From contig NC_087437.1 of assembly GCF_036321535.1 (NCBI RefSeq), positions 58,716,001 through 58,780,000 on the forward strand: a stretch of 64,000 nt of DNA, in the 5' to 3' direction. Positions 35,013-48,200 of the stretch are shown one piece after another (position 1 is the stretch's first letter; every line of letters begins with the position of its first letter). Source of the DNA: Camelus dromedarius. Taxonomy: Eukaryota. The position numbers were made by a program, and so were the translations under genes. A model generated the notes under the pieces. That model saw only the letters and a program-made list of their open reading frames with translations, had not been told where the DNA came from and made no database searches.

Positions 35013-37904
35013 CAGCTGAAAGCAGAGTGTGAGCCAGAGGCCTTCAGGACTTGGTACTCGGTGACCCCCAGCGCACTGTGCGCTAACCTAGGTGCCCCAC
35101 GGGGTGTTCGAAACCAGCCTGTAGTGGCTGTTAGTTCAATGGCTTTAATCTGAGTTCTTAAAAAAATAGGCTAAAAAGATAGAAAAACTCCCCACAACCT
35201 AGGGGCCAATTTGAACTGTCTGCTTCTAAAACCTGAGGCTTTGCAGTAGAAGAGGCTGGGGTGCTGGAGGGCAGGGGCTCCTTGGACTACTCCTGTTTCA
35301 GCATGGCTGCCCTTTGGGCCTATAGGGGGCACTAAGGAACTGTGGGATCTCTGTCTCCTCTCTGGCTGGTCTCCAGCCATCCCTATCCCTGACCCAGGAG
35401 AAAGACAGGCTGGGACTAATACTAGGTTGTAATGGGTGGGAACAAAATCCCCTCCCTTTCCCCTGTTTTTCTTAAAGATCTAAAAATGCAGAGCATCTGA
35501 TTTTTAAAGTTCAGAAGAAAATGCTCCCCCAAGACCAGCAAAGAGAGCTTGACATTTCTGTCCCTGAATCTGAGGCTAGGAAGGGGCCCTGGAGACCAGC
35601 CAGCGGTCCTCACCACTCATTTATCAAATGAGGAAACTGGAGGTGGGAGAAGGGAAGCGATGGGTCCAAAACCACACAGGGCAGGGCATTAGTGACAGCG
35701 CAGGAGCAAGAATCTGGTCCTTCCAATTTCCAGTCTAGAGTTCTTTCCACCACACCCATCACCGTGGCCACGTTTGTTTTCTTTTCCGGCCCTTGGGGGA
35801 CTCTGGCAGGGCTGGGGGTCTGATGTGAACTGGAATCTGTTTAATTTCACCTCTCATTGCTTCTGCCAGCTCGCCAGCACTGGCTGACGGAGGCAATTAG
35901 AACCAGACATCCCAGAAGGGCATTCCAGGGAGATCTTTTAAAATTCCACAGCAGCTGGGGACTTGCCTTTTCCTGCAGGGATCATCTGGTGTGTAAATAC
36001 TCAGTTGTGTTAAGTCACAGGGTGGAGGGGGCGGTGCTCACACACACGCTATCTCTCTCTCTCTCAATACACACTCACCTACAGACAGAAAAATCAAGAA
36101 AGATTCAATAGCAATCTTTTTCTTTCCCGCCTCCCAAAAAGAGGAGTTAGCAATTTACTGGCCACCCCGGGAACATCTAATTACTTGCTTGTGAGGGGTG
36201 AGCACTGTTTGCGCTGGGTGTGGGTGGCGGAGGGGTGGGGGCATCTCTGTTTTTCTTCCACCCCTTGTAGATGGCTGTTCACCGCTGGGCTCTGGGCAAT
36301 GGCCAGTGGGTGTTGGTGGCCAACTCAGCTAATCCGCAACCGCCCGCCCCTGGCTCAAAGGTGTTATCCTCATTTTTCTATGGCAAAGCTGAGCCTCCAA
36401 AAGACAAGACAGCAGAGCAAGGAACCACAACCCAGGAGCCCTGACTTGGACTCAGCCGCCTAAGACATCCACGGACGGCGACACCCTCCCTGGGTTGAGT
36501 TGACAGCAGCCTTCCCTGTTTCTCCGGGCTCCCCTTCCACACTTGTCATCAAGGAAGCCTTGCTTCAGCCAACAGTGTGCTACTGTGAAGCTGACCAATG
36601 TTCAGTCAAGCTAGAGGGCCTTTTGTTAGAAGCCAGTGGGAAATGGCTGAAGGCACTGGGGGCTGAGGGAAAACTGTACACCCTCCTTAATCTGAAGGTC
36701 ACACAGGAGCATCTGCTCTAACTGTGATTTACAGGAGGACAGAAGGGGCCCAAAAGGACATTCTTCTGACATGTCCACATACCCAATTAGTTGCAGAGCT
36801 TGGCCTAGGACTTTCGTTCCCAGACTAGGATGTTTTCAACGCCCCTATGCTGCCACTCCCAGCTCCTCCCTTTGGGGTTTGATATTTGAATATCCTAGAC
36901 GAATAGGTGTAAAACAATAAAAATTAAATCAGTTCATGATTACTATCATTTTTATTAGATATGCCCCATAACTTGGACTACCTGTTAAAAATAGGTCGTG
37001 CCACAAAAACTTTGTGGTTACTTGGTGATTAATTGTCAGCCCGTGAGTTATGTGATTTTGTGTTCCAGTTGACCCTCCATCTCTGTGTTACCCACTTCCC
37101 AGGGATGCCGATGTCCCTGAGGTCTTCTGTCTGTGTTCCAGATGCAGCATTCCTTTCAAACCCACACCCGGGGAGAGAAGAACGGACTCAGCAGTCCAGC
37201 TTCTGGTGAATTTTGTGTTTGGAAGGAGAAGTATGTTCATTCATTTGTTCCTGGGACACCAAGCCCTTGCTGGTGCTGGAAATTGTGCAGGGTACTGGGT
37301 GGGGTTGAAGGGTGGTGGACAGAGAACTTGATCTTGAGAAATTCCAACTTTGGTAAAGGGGAGAGAATGTGCCCACAATGAGCTCTAACAGAAAATAGAC
37401 CCTCTAAGAGAAGGATGATGAGGTGAGTTCAGAGGAGAAGAAACCACTTCTGTTGAGGGTTGGTGGGAGATCAATCAGGGAAGACTTCCTGGAGGTGGTG
37501 GCATTAAAATTGTGCCAGAAGGATGGGTAGGCTTCTGATGCGCAGAGGAGACAGAGGTTGTGGAGGCGGGTCAGGGCATTTTAAGTGGGGGAAGGTAGGA
37601 AGAAGAAAGGTTGTTGGGTAACCAGGACAGGATTGGTTTGACTGGTTAGGCTAGTCAGTGGGGTCAGTCCTTGGAAGGTTACAGATGTTGGTGAAGGAGC
37701 TCAGGCAGCTGGTGTGGGGAAGCTGTCATGGCTCTCTGTGTAGACAAGCAATGTGGGCATGGCTACCTTTGAGAAGGTGAGCTGGTAGCTGTGTGTGCAC
37801 ACATGTGACCAGGCTCACCCACATGAATGTCCTCAAGGATCCTTAGAATGAAAGCCTGGCACTAATAACTTCTATTTGAGCAGCACCATATAACTGGCAA
37901 AGAC

Positions 37905-38080
37905 CTTTGCCAGCCTTTATTTTTCTAATGCCTACTATGCTACTGTGAATGACTGTGCAGCATTTCCATTTTATGTGTCGGGTAACAGAGGACTTTTCCC
38001 AGGTAGAACAGTGAGTCAAGGTTAAGGCCAGAATCCTAGTCCCATTTCTTCTGACTCCAAATCCTAGACTTGATTTAGCA
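37905..38080 (-). mobile_element. MIR SINE relic
   Basis: ccattttatgtgtcgggtaacagaggacttttcccagg...ttctgactccaaatcc. Confidence 0.6.
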
Positions 38081-38170
38081 CCACCCTGGCAAGCCAGGCA
38101 AGAAAGGGGAGGGTCTGTCCCCAAGCATTAGCCTTGGGATATTGTTTCCCTTCTTTAAAAATGCATCATG

Positions 38171-38765
38171 CAATGCACCCCAGTGTTCATAGCAGCACTG
38201 TTTACAGTAATCAAGACATAGAAGGAGCTTAAATGTCCATTAACAGATGATTGGATGAAGAAGATGTGATATAAATATATATATAAGGAATACTACTCAG
38301 CCATAAAAAGAATGAAGTAATGCCATTTACAGCAACAGGGATGGACCTAGAGATCATTATATTAAATTAAGTCAGACAAAGAAAGACAAATATTATGTGA
38401 TATCACTTATATGTGGAATCTAAAAAAATGACACAAATAAACATTTACAAAACAGAAACAGACTCACAGACATAGAAACAAACTTATGGTTAGCAGAGGG
38501 GAGAAAGGAAGAGAGATAAATTAGGAGTTTGGGGATTAGCAGATACAAACTACTATATATAAAATAGATAAATAAAAAAGCCCCACTGTATAGCACAGGG
38601 GACTATATTCAATAGCTTGTAATAACCTATAATGAAAAAGAATATATATATATATATATGTAAAATGCATAGATGCATAACTGAATCACTATGCTGTATA
38701 CCAGAAACTAACACAACATTGTAAATCAACTAAACTTCAATTAAAAAATAAAAAATAAAAAAAAT
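38171..38765 (+). mobile_element. 5'-truncated L1 (end of ORF2, 3'UTR and poly-A), cetartiodactyl type
   Basis: atgcaccccagtgttcatagcagcactg...tactactcagccataaaaagaatgaa...ccagaaactaacacaacattgtaaatcaact plus A-tail. TSD tttaaaaatRcatcatg at 38154-38170 and 38766-38782, at an L1 endonuclease TT|AAAA site. Confidence 0.92.
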
Positions 38766-40099
38766 TTTAAAAATACATCATGGGTATAAAATTAGTTTAA
38801 TCAAAGGGACAGGACAGTGTGCGTGTAGGTGCGCACGTGACCGTGGAGGTACTTTATATTAGGCTGAAATGCTTGTCTAGCAGGTTTTCTCTTCCTGTTT
38901 CTCTTCCAGAAGCACAGCCGTGGCCTGTATCTCAGAGCCATCATTCCGAGCGTAGTGCAGCCATAATGCACTCATCAGCACTGTGTTTTTGAGCAACTGA
39001 ACTATTGTGCCCATAGGGGCAGGAAAGCCACAGGGCTTGTCATTGACAAAAAGATTAATAACGAGAGGCTGTTTTCCCAGTGGGTCCTTTCCAGGCTATC
39101 CTTCGAGAGAGAAAGGAGTGCTTTCAGTCAAATATCTCCACCATCAATCCTCCCCCAAAAGGCACCTGTCCTTTACTGTCCTTCATGTTCTTGGCTGTAA
39201 CCTTTCACCCAGGGGTGTGGGGGTCTTGGTTCTTCATTTGTGGAATGGGCATAGGTGATGGGGATAACACTGAACCATCAGTTAAAAGGAACTTCCTAGT
39301 TCTAAAAGGGGGAAAATGTGATGAAACTTGTGGTTCTGAAATTGACCAAAGTGATCATGTAGTGATGAAGGGATGGATAAAGGGATGGTGTCTAGTTTCC
39401 AAGGATGGAGAACCGCAGTCAGGCCTGTGGCAGCAGGTGGGTGCTCATTAACCCCGACACTGTGTGACACTCTGAGAGTCCGCGGCTCCAGTGTTGAGAG
39501 ATACTTGAGCTCTGGGCCAGAGTCAAGAGGCTGAGAATGGCCCTCTTGGCCTACCTGGTTCAGCAAGCCTCTGAGGAGCTGGAAATCCAGAAGTTGTTTG
39601 GGGAAAGAAGAGTGTGCTGGCTTCTCAGCTAAGGGAGGGCTCAGCAAAGGACAGGGCAGCCTTGAGAAAGGGAGGGGAAAAAAGAAGGGGGGTTCACCAG
39701 AGGGATATATGTCAAAGCTGCAGGGGCCACCAAGTTAAATCCTTCCACTTACTAATAGGAACCCTGACTGGGATATGACTTGCCCAACATTGCCCAGCTA
39801 ATTGGTGTTACAGTTGACTTTTAGGGGTGGGGCAAGCTTTTTGCAAGATAGACAGGTGTTAGGATGGGGGTGAGGAGAGGACCAGAAGGAGTAAGTCCTG
39901 AAGGGGAAGTGAAGTGATCAAGGCCCTCACAGTGAGAAGCACCGATGTGCCTTGGTTGATGGCGAGCAGGATGACAGCTAAGGACTGGACTGATGAACTG
40001 GGAGGGCTGGTGATGGGGAGGGAGAAGAGACAGGATCAGCTCATCCAGAAATGCTGGAGGAAGGAATAGCAGGGGTCCATGATAGTACCGAAACCAAGG

Positions 40100-40300
40100 A
40101 TGCAGACAAAAGTTCAAGTTCTGAGCTCAAGTTCTCCTTCACCACCTTCTTGCGCTATGACCCTGAACAAGAGAAGTCAAGACACTCTGAGATCTAGTTT
40201 CCTCAGGTGTAAAATGGGAAGAATACAGCCACCTTACAGGGTTGTTGAGAGAGTTAAGTGACATAGAATGCGTGGGCATATTCAACCCAGTTAACTCATA
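40100..40300 (+). mobile_element. MIR SINE relic
   Basis: ctagtttcctcaggtgtaaaatgggaagaatacagccaccttacagggttgttgagagagttaagtga. Confidence 0.7.
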
Positions 40301-41104
40301 CCTGCGCCGGTTACTTTATTCATACCTTCAGCAAGCGTGTGTTATAAATCTACTGTGTGCCTGGGAAAGAGTAGGTGCCCAACCAGTGCATTAAAACAAT
40401 AAAGTAGGGAGAGAAAAGGAACCCAGTCCGTCTGCCTTTGAGGCCTAGAATAAGCACAAGTAGTGGAGGTTGGGAGATGGAGCCATCAAAAAGGTGAATG
40501 AGCTGCTTGGTGGTCACCGTTTTGGGCGTAGGTGATGGAGAGGCCTGGCGACTGGCAAGGTGAAGTGGAGGGGAGGCATGGATGGATGTCATCCAGAGAC
40601 ACATAGTGGTTCTCCTTCAGCAGAGAAGAAAGACGGAGGTCTGTCTAGGGCTTCACAGCCTGAGCCTGGGCTAGTTCAGCCCGCCGGGAACACTTTTTTC
40701 CCTACGATAGGGACTTGGGGTTCTACCTTCTCAGGTCTAAGCTTCAGAACACTGGACACAGTTGGCTTCTCTAAAGACATTTTACCCCATTTGTTCCTCC
40801 ATTTGGGATCTCTAGGATTTTAGGGGTCTGTGAATATTATGGTAAGGATTTGCAGCCTATTTTCAAAATTTTGAACATCCTAGAAGCAACCACATGTCAT
40901 TACAATGAGGTTTTACTTGGCTAAAATAATATCAATCAGCCAGCTTGATCAGAGCCTCCAGTGCGGGCTTTGATGAATAAAAAGGAGAAATAAAATAAAG
41001 GTTGCTTAATGAGTTCAGAGTGCATAGAAGTAAAAAAAAAAAAAAACTTTCAAACATGGAGACCTAGAGCAGTAAGGATATAATAAAAAAGACTGAAAAG
41101 AAAA

Positions 41105-41260
41105 ATGAAAACGTTGATAACCATGACTTCGATTCGCCTCCCCCACTTCCCAGTTGAGGACCCAGAGGCCAGAGAAGTCAAGACACTCATCCAAGGTCCA
41201 GAGCTGCTCACTGGCAAAGCCAGACCCAGAACCCAGGTGCCAGGCCCCTGGGGTTTTAAA
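41105..41260 (-). mobile_element. MIR SINE relic
   Basis: ccccacttcccagttgaggacccagaggccagagaagtcaagacactcatccaaggtccagagctg. Confidence 0.65.
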
Positions 41261-42219
41261 TGCACCTCAGTGTCCTTGAGCACAGTTTTGAAATCCACTT
41301 AAATTGCTGTGTGGGTGTTAGAAAACACAAGCCACCTTGCTGAAATCACTGCCTAGGTACAAAGGGGGGAAAGAGTCTTCAGAAGGCTTCTCCCTGGGCT
41401 CCTCCACTTCCACGTCCAGTCACCTGAGTGGTTAGTCCAGCTCGCACTTGCCTGATGGACTTTCCCAAGACAAGGGGGAAGACTGACAGGCGGGAACGCC
41501 CTGGGAGGCCCTTGACAGAGATGAACATCCTCTCTTTATTTTCAAAGCAAATGTTCAGGAAGGGAAAAGGCAACACTTCCCAGAACTCAGGCTGAAGCAA
41601 AACACAGATGACAGGTCAGACTGGCATCTCATTCACAAGATGGAGGGGCACCGTTGCCAGGGGTCACTGAGGAGATTGCTTCTCTGTAAGCAAAGGAGTG
41701 GCAGAGGTAAGAAACAGCTCCTATCCGAAAAAGGAGTACCTGCGTCCATCTAGATTTTCCAAACACGGGGTTATGCGTAGGACTCGATGTTGTGAGCTGT
41801 TAAAGAAAGATATTTAGTTGAAATGTATTCCGCAGGGTTCTCAGTAAATAGCAGAACACATTTCAAATTTTCATCAGGATACACAAATTCTGGGAAAATT
41901 GGGCAAGATGAATTTAAGTTCACAGTGGCCACGTGGTAGTGTATTTTCCTTTGGGAAGGCTAGCAATGTCTTATATGATGATGCTTAATGATTATGTTTA
42001 GAACATGAGATTCGTTTTTCTGTTTGGGGAGCTTCCATAATTTAAAAAAATATGCTGTTTGGCTTCCTTCAAGCAGCTGGTGTCTTGAGTTCCCACAGAT
42101 TGGAGATTTCATCCTGGCCCTGCTCGCTTCCAGGGAAATTGACGTACTTGAATCCCAACTGGGTCCGCTTAATAGTCACACAGAACTTGTATTGACTTTC
42201 GCCTTCTCCACATGACAAC

Positions 42220-42810
42220 CATCTGTATCTTTCAGAAAAGAGAATCTAATGATGCCATCTCTCCTTGCTTCATACCCCATGGTGCATTCCTATTGTTCTT
42301 AACAGTTTAAACCTCCCAATGCACCCTATTGGTCTTTGCCGACCCGGTGGCTCCCTGTCTCCCTGGCCCTTGACTCTTCTTGCTCTAGCTATACTGATTT
42401 TTTTTTTCTTTCCTTGGAACCACCAGGGTCCCTCTTACCACTGGACCTTTGTACAGGCTGCTCCTCCCACCAAATGCCTTTGCTTCCCCTCTTCGCATTG
42501 TTAACGTCTGCCATCCTTTAGACATGCACCTGCTTGTCACTCCCCTGGGGAAAATTTCCTTCACACCCTTGTCTACATTAAATTCTCCTTTTATGTGTGC
42601 TGAGAGCACCACAAATCCCTCCTTTATACTCCCCCAAAACAGTCAACTTTAATTCTGTGCACAGTTATTTGACCATGTCTACCTCCTGCATTGGACTAGG
42701 AGCTCATGAGGACAGGCAAATGACCAACGTTGCTGACTGTGGTGTCCCTAGTGATGGGGACCGTGCCTGCTACATGGCAGACACTCAGATGTGTCTGACT
42801 GCGTGAAGGG
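42220..42810 (+). mobile_element. L2 LINE relic
   Basis: ggacctttgtacaggctgctcctccc...ggactaggagctcatgaggacagg...cgtgcctgctacatggcagacactcag. Confidence 0.65.
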
Positions 42811-43202
42811 ACGCTCTCACATTGGCCCATAGGAGGTGCTCCTGAGAGAAGTTAAATGGAAATGGGAAGAAGAGAGTGTTAGGAATCAAGGGAGCTGGGT
42901 CTCAGTCCCGGCCGCCCCACCAGCCTCCTCCTGCCTCTTCCCTGGGCAGGGCCTATCCTCTGGGCACCAGGGCCTCTGGCAGGGTGTTGGGTTGGATCTC
43001 TGTTCTATGCTGCATGGGTCATGAGGTTGGACCCCAGATCTACCACCTTCTAGCTGTGTGACTTTGAGCCTGTTACTTCACTTTTTTGAAATATTATGTT
43101 TAAAGTTTAAAAGCTGAGAAATCAGTGAGGACCCTAAGCCAGTGGCGGTGAGAATGGAGAGGAGGTGGATAAAAGAGGGAGTGTGGATAGGGTTGAAGTA
43201 AA

Positions 43203-43390
43203 CAGTGGGTCTTAGAGCGCGGCCCCTGGAGCAGCGGCAGCAGCAGCACCGGGGGACTGGATAGACATGGGAAACCTCCAGACCCGTCCCAGGGCTAGTG
43301 AGTTAGAAGCTGTGGAGGTGGGTCCCAGGAAGCTGTGCTCTAAGAAGCCCTCCAGGAGATTCTGATGCATGTTCGACTATGAGAACCAGT
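43203..43390. mobile_element. MER5A hAT-Charlie MITE
   Basis: cagtgggtcttagagcgcggcccc...aagccctccaggagattctgatgcatg...tgagaaccagt. Confidence 0.8.
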
Positions 43391-44210
43391 AGATTAGAGG
43401 CTGAGGGTGAGGGAGGGGGATGCTGAGGGCAGAGGAGGTGCTACAAGGCAAATGAAGCCAACCAGGACCATTAGAGAGCCTGGCTTGCCTGTCTCTAATG
43501 GAGTGACTGACTGCCTGACTTGTAGGAGTGTCTATGGGGCATAATGGGTGGGGCAGAAAGACGCATTTAGGTCGTCTGCAGATACAAACTCCACTTTTAT
43601 GAGGGACATGAAGGAAGTTCTAATTGGGGAGAAACCTGCATCTTGAATTCATGAGATGTCCCAACACAGCTTGAAAGATAACAAGGCCTTGGGAAGCGAG
43701 ACCATCCCATGCACCTGTGTCCTGCGGCATCTGGCAATCTCAGACACACGGAGAGGCAAACGGCACTGAGGAGACTTAGCTATTTCCTTTCCCCGGAAAC
43801 ATCCCGGGCCTGAGCAAGCACTTGCACTGGAGCAGTCTCTCTCCTAATGAGGAGTCCAAATAGGCACTGTGCAGTTCAGGCAATGCTTCCTATTCTTGCC
43901 AAATGATCAGAACCTTTAATAGGCAGGACCTTGAGGGGATGGCTGAACGCATCCCCACCCATATCACCATGAAGTGTTGAACAATAAACCCAACATCTGG
44001 TTTCTTGCCTGTGACATCACCACTGGGAAGCTGCTGAGGCCAGGGAGCCATTGTTGTTATAAATTCACAGACCTTGGAATCCAATGAACTCTTTTTTCAC
44101 TCTGTGCTGATGTATTTTGCACATGCTTTGCCTATGTTCTTTTTGGGTTTGCTTGTTTTAATCGATATGTTGTATATATAAATCTGTTAATGACAGTTAT
44201 CTCTGTTTTT

Positions 44211-44305
44211 AAAAATTAATTGACTTTTTATTGAAGGGCTGTTGATTTACCATGTGGTGTTAGCTTCAGGTGTACAGCAAAGAAATTTGGTTACACATAC
44301 ATATA

Positions 44306-44340
<35 letters not shown>

Positions 44341-44477
44341 TCTTTTTTCCAGTTCTTTTCCATTATAGGTTATTACAAGATATTGAATGTATTTCCTTGT
44401 GCCATACAGTAAATCCTTGTTGTTTATCTACTTTATATATAGTAGTGTGTATCTATTAATCCCGTACTCCTAATTTA
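44211..44477 (-). mobile_element. 5'-truncated L1 3' end with internal (TG)n(TA)n microsatellite
   Basis: Same family as 25346-25592; perfect 16-bp TSD agttatctctgttttt at 44195-44210 and 44478-44493. Confidence 0.9.
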
Positions 44478-44614
44478 AGTTATCTCTGTTTTTTTAAACT
44501 TTTGTGTATAGCAAAGTTTTTTTTCAAGAAACATTTATTATCGTTATCATCATCATCATTTAAAAGCTAGTGTTTAGTGGGAGGGATCTCTGGAAGACAA
44601 GGCTAGAGAAGATA

Positions 44615-45530
44615 TTCCTTTATTCACTCATTTAATAAATATTTATGAAACGACTATTATGTATCGGGCACTGTAGACACCGCAGTGAATAGAATGAACA
44701 AAGATCAGACCTAAAGGAGATTACATTCAATTTAGGGATTCAGGCTATAAATAAAAAATTGCTAGATAAGCATATAGTTATGTGTGTTCTGTTAGAAAAG
44801 AATGAAACAGGAAGAAATGATAGGAAGGGTGAGAGAAGAGGGTACTATTGTTGGGTGGTCAGCAACGTGATAAGTGGTAAGGAATCTAAAAGAAACAGGG
44901 CGATGCAGACCCATCGGGGTAGAGTCTTCCAGGCAGAGGGAGTGGCAGGCACCAAGGTTCTGAGACAGAATCTTGCCCAGAGCATGGACGGAGCCAGTGT
45001 GGCTGGGCTGGAGGAAGCACTGGAGGAGAGGAGAGATGGGTATGGGAAGCTGGGGAAGGGCCAGATGGAGGAGGACTTTTGAGGCCACTGTAATGAAATT
45101 TGCCTTTACTCTGAGCAGGGTGACAGTTACAGATTTTGCACACAGGAGTTACGTGATCTGGATTCTGGGTTTTAACAGGAGTCCTCTGGCTGCTATTTGA
45201 ATAGTAGCAGAACAAGGGAGGAAGCAGAGAGACCAGCCAGGGGGCTCTCGCAATGATCCTGGCGAGAAATCAGGGAGATTTGCTTCAGGGTGCAGGACAC
45301 AGAGGCAGTGAGCTGTATGAATTCTGGCTTGCTTGTGCAGATAGAGACGACAGGATTTGCTGCCTGGATTGGATGTAGGGCAGAGAGAAAAGGGAGCGTT
45401 CACTATGACCCCCAAGTTTTGGCCGTGCAACAAGATGAAAGGGATGGTCTTTAACTGAGATGAGCAAGACTGTGCAGGAGGAGGTACGGTGGGTCCTTTG
45501 AGGATTCAGTTTGGAGAGTTTAAATTTGGA
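44615..45530 (-). mobile_element. L2a LINE relic
   Basis: ttcactcatttaataaatatttatg...ccaggcagagggagtggcaggcaccaagg...ggagtcctctggctgct...ggattggatgtaggg. Confidence 0.85.
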
Positions 45531-46469
45531 AAAGACCAGGACAAGGACAGAGGGGAAAGAGGAGAGGAAGCCGAGCTGAGAGATACTTAGAGATAGACTC
45601 AGCTAGACAAGACAGCAAGATTAGATGTCAAGGCTGTGAGATGACGGCCTGCCCTAAGCATGTTTCCCAGCCAGACTAGGTGATGAAGATTCATAGCGAT
45701 CACAATAGACACTGTGGAATAATTCCCCACATCCTGGCCAGTGGCCCACTGCTAAATTCATACCCAGGAAATCAAGACTACCAGGTCACAGAGGAACAGA
45801 GGCAGTTATTTCAAGTTCTGATGCTGGATCAAAACCAGGACATGTTAGTCATTTGAATATTAATTAATAGCACTGAAGTTTCAATTTAAATAGTCCCCGA
45901 CCCTCCGCATAGATAAAAACTGAGCAGTTTTGCTGTCACTCTGCTGCTATTTATCCTGCTGTTATCTTCTCTGGCAGTGACTTGCTTTCCTGTTAAAACT
46001 TTTAAGCACTCCTTCTGTGCCGTATCTGTTACCCAAAGCAATACATAATGGGTTAGACAGGATTATTGGTGCAAATGGCAAAACCAGATGTAATATGGGA
46101 GGGTTTTTTTCTATAACCACACGTAGATGGTTGGCCTCACACAGCTTTCATTGTAAGTAGGAAGAGTCACAACACAGTTTCGAATGGGCAGTCAGGGATG
46201 CAAAAATCACCCATGTGCATTCTTGTGGGAGCAGGGAGTAGTGAAGTGGGGGAGTGGTCCTCAGGTCTCCACTTCTGGCGAGGTGGCCTTACCTTGTTGC
46301 CTACAGGATGTGATTTGCAGATCGTAAAGGGGCTGCTTTCTTGGAAACAGCATGGTGGAGAAATTCTGGGTTTGGAAAACTGGGCAGCTCTGCCTCTTCC
46401 AAATCCTGAGATTTGGGACAAACTGTGTCACCTCTCTGAGCTTCAGGGTCCTCATCTATGGAGTAAAGC

Positions 46470-47590
46470 GGATGTATTCCTTTTCCTAAATGTCTCTGTC
46501 AGGCTTTTCTATCAAGAGTATTCTAGCCTCATAGATGGAATAGAGAAATGGAATCTTCACATCTATTTTTCTAAAAGAGTTTGTATAAAGTTGGTACTAT
46601 TAATTTCATACATGTTTGATAGAACTCACTGGTGAAACCCTCTGGGCCTGGAGACATCTTTGCGGAAATGTTTTTGACTAAGATTATGAATTGAATGTCT
46701 TTAGTAGAAGTTGAACTATTTAGAGTTTCTGTTTCATCCTGAGTCAGCTTGGTAAGTTATGTCTTTCAAAGAATTTGTCCACTTGATCTAGATTACTGGC
46801 TTTATTAACATAGAGTTCATAATATTCCCTTATTAGCCTCTAATGTCTTTAGGATTTATAGAATATCCCCTCTTTCATTCTTGAAATTGGGTCATTTGTG
46901 TTTACTTTTTTCTTTTCTTGATTAATCTTAATAAGGAATTATAAATTTTATTAATCTTTTCAAAGAACCAACTTTTGGCTTTGTCAATTTTCTCTGTTTG
47001 AGGTGTCTTTCATTTCATTGCTTTATACTCTTATACTTCTTATTTCTTTTCTTTAATATCAGATTTAATGCTTTCTTCTTTTTCTAGCTTCTTAAGCTAG
47101 AAATCTAGGTCATTGATTTTTAAACCTGTCTTCCTTTTTAATATAGGTGTACAAACTATAAATTTCCCTTTAAACATTCCTTTAGTTGCACAACATTAAT
47201 TTTGGTATATTATATTTTCATTATCAATCAATTCAAAAATTCGCTGATTTTCTTGTAATTCCTCTTTTGACCCATATGTTTAGAAGTGTGCTATTTAATT
47301 TCTAAATATTTGGGTGATTTTCTAGAAATTTTACTGCAGTTGATTTGTAATTTAGTTTTATTGGTTTAGGGAAGACATTTTATAAGATTTCAATTATTAG
47401 AAAGTATTGAGATTTGTTTTACAGCTCAGCAAATATTTCATCTTGGTCAACATTCTATTTTCACCTGAAAAGAATATATATATTTTACACATATTGTGTG
47501 TGGAACATTATATAAATATCAATTGTGTTGTTTGGATCTATTCTTGTTTGCTTTTTTGTATACTTGTTATACGAATCACTGAGAAGTTCA
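46470..47590 (-). mobile_element. Ancient L1 ORF2 fragment
   Basis: gatagaactcactggtgaaaccctctgggcctggag...ttttcaaagaaccaacttttggcttt...ctataaatttccctttaa...tttagaagtgtgctatttaatttc. Confidence 0.85.
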
Positions 47591-47599
47591 GAGCAATCT

Positions 47600-48200
47600 A
47601 AAAGATAAACCAGCATAAATCAGAATATATCCTTCCCAAAGTAAAGTCCTCAAAGTCTTCTTAGTGTGCATAGAATAAGACACAAATGTCTTTGGATCTA
47701 TAAGAGACAATGTGATCCAGTCTATGCTTTCTCAGATCTCCGCATCTGGTACTCCACACCCCCCTCCTCTCCCCACCCTCTGCTAATTACATTCCAGTCA
47801 CTCTGGCCTTTTTTCTGTTCTCTGAACCCACTAAACTTATTTCTACCCCAGGACTTTTGCATTTGCTATTCCCTTTGTCTGGAATTATATCTTCACCCCT
47901 ATAATCACATGCTGGCTCCTTTACACGCCTTCAGTCTCAGCTCAAATGTCCCTGCCTCCAAAAGGCCTTCCATAACCTCTCTATCTGGAACACTCTATCA
48001 CATGACTTTCATTTATTCTCTTTATAGAACTTTTCACTATTAGAATTAACTTTGTTTATTAAGGTTTTGGTTTATGGTTTGTATGCTGGTTCTTTTGTTT
48101 GTTTGTTTTTGTTTTTGTTTTTAGTGTTGCATCCCTGAAGCTGAGAATAGAGCTGGCTTGCAGTGGATATTTAATAAATACTTGTTGGAGAATGGACAGC
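47600..48200 (+). mobile_element. L2 LINE relic
   Basis: ccagtcactctggcctttttt...tttgcatttgctattccctttgtctggaa...tctcagctcaaatgtccc...aataaatacttgttgg. Confidence 0.75.
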
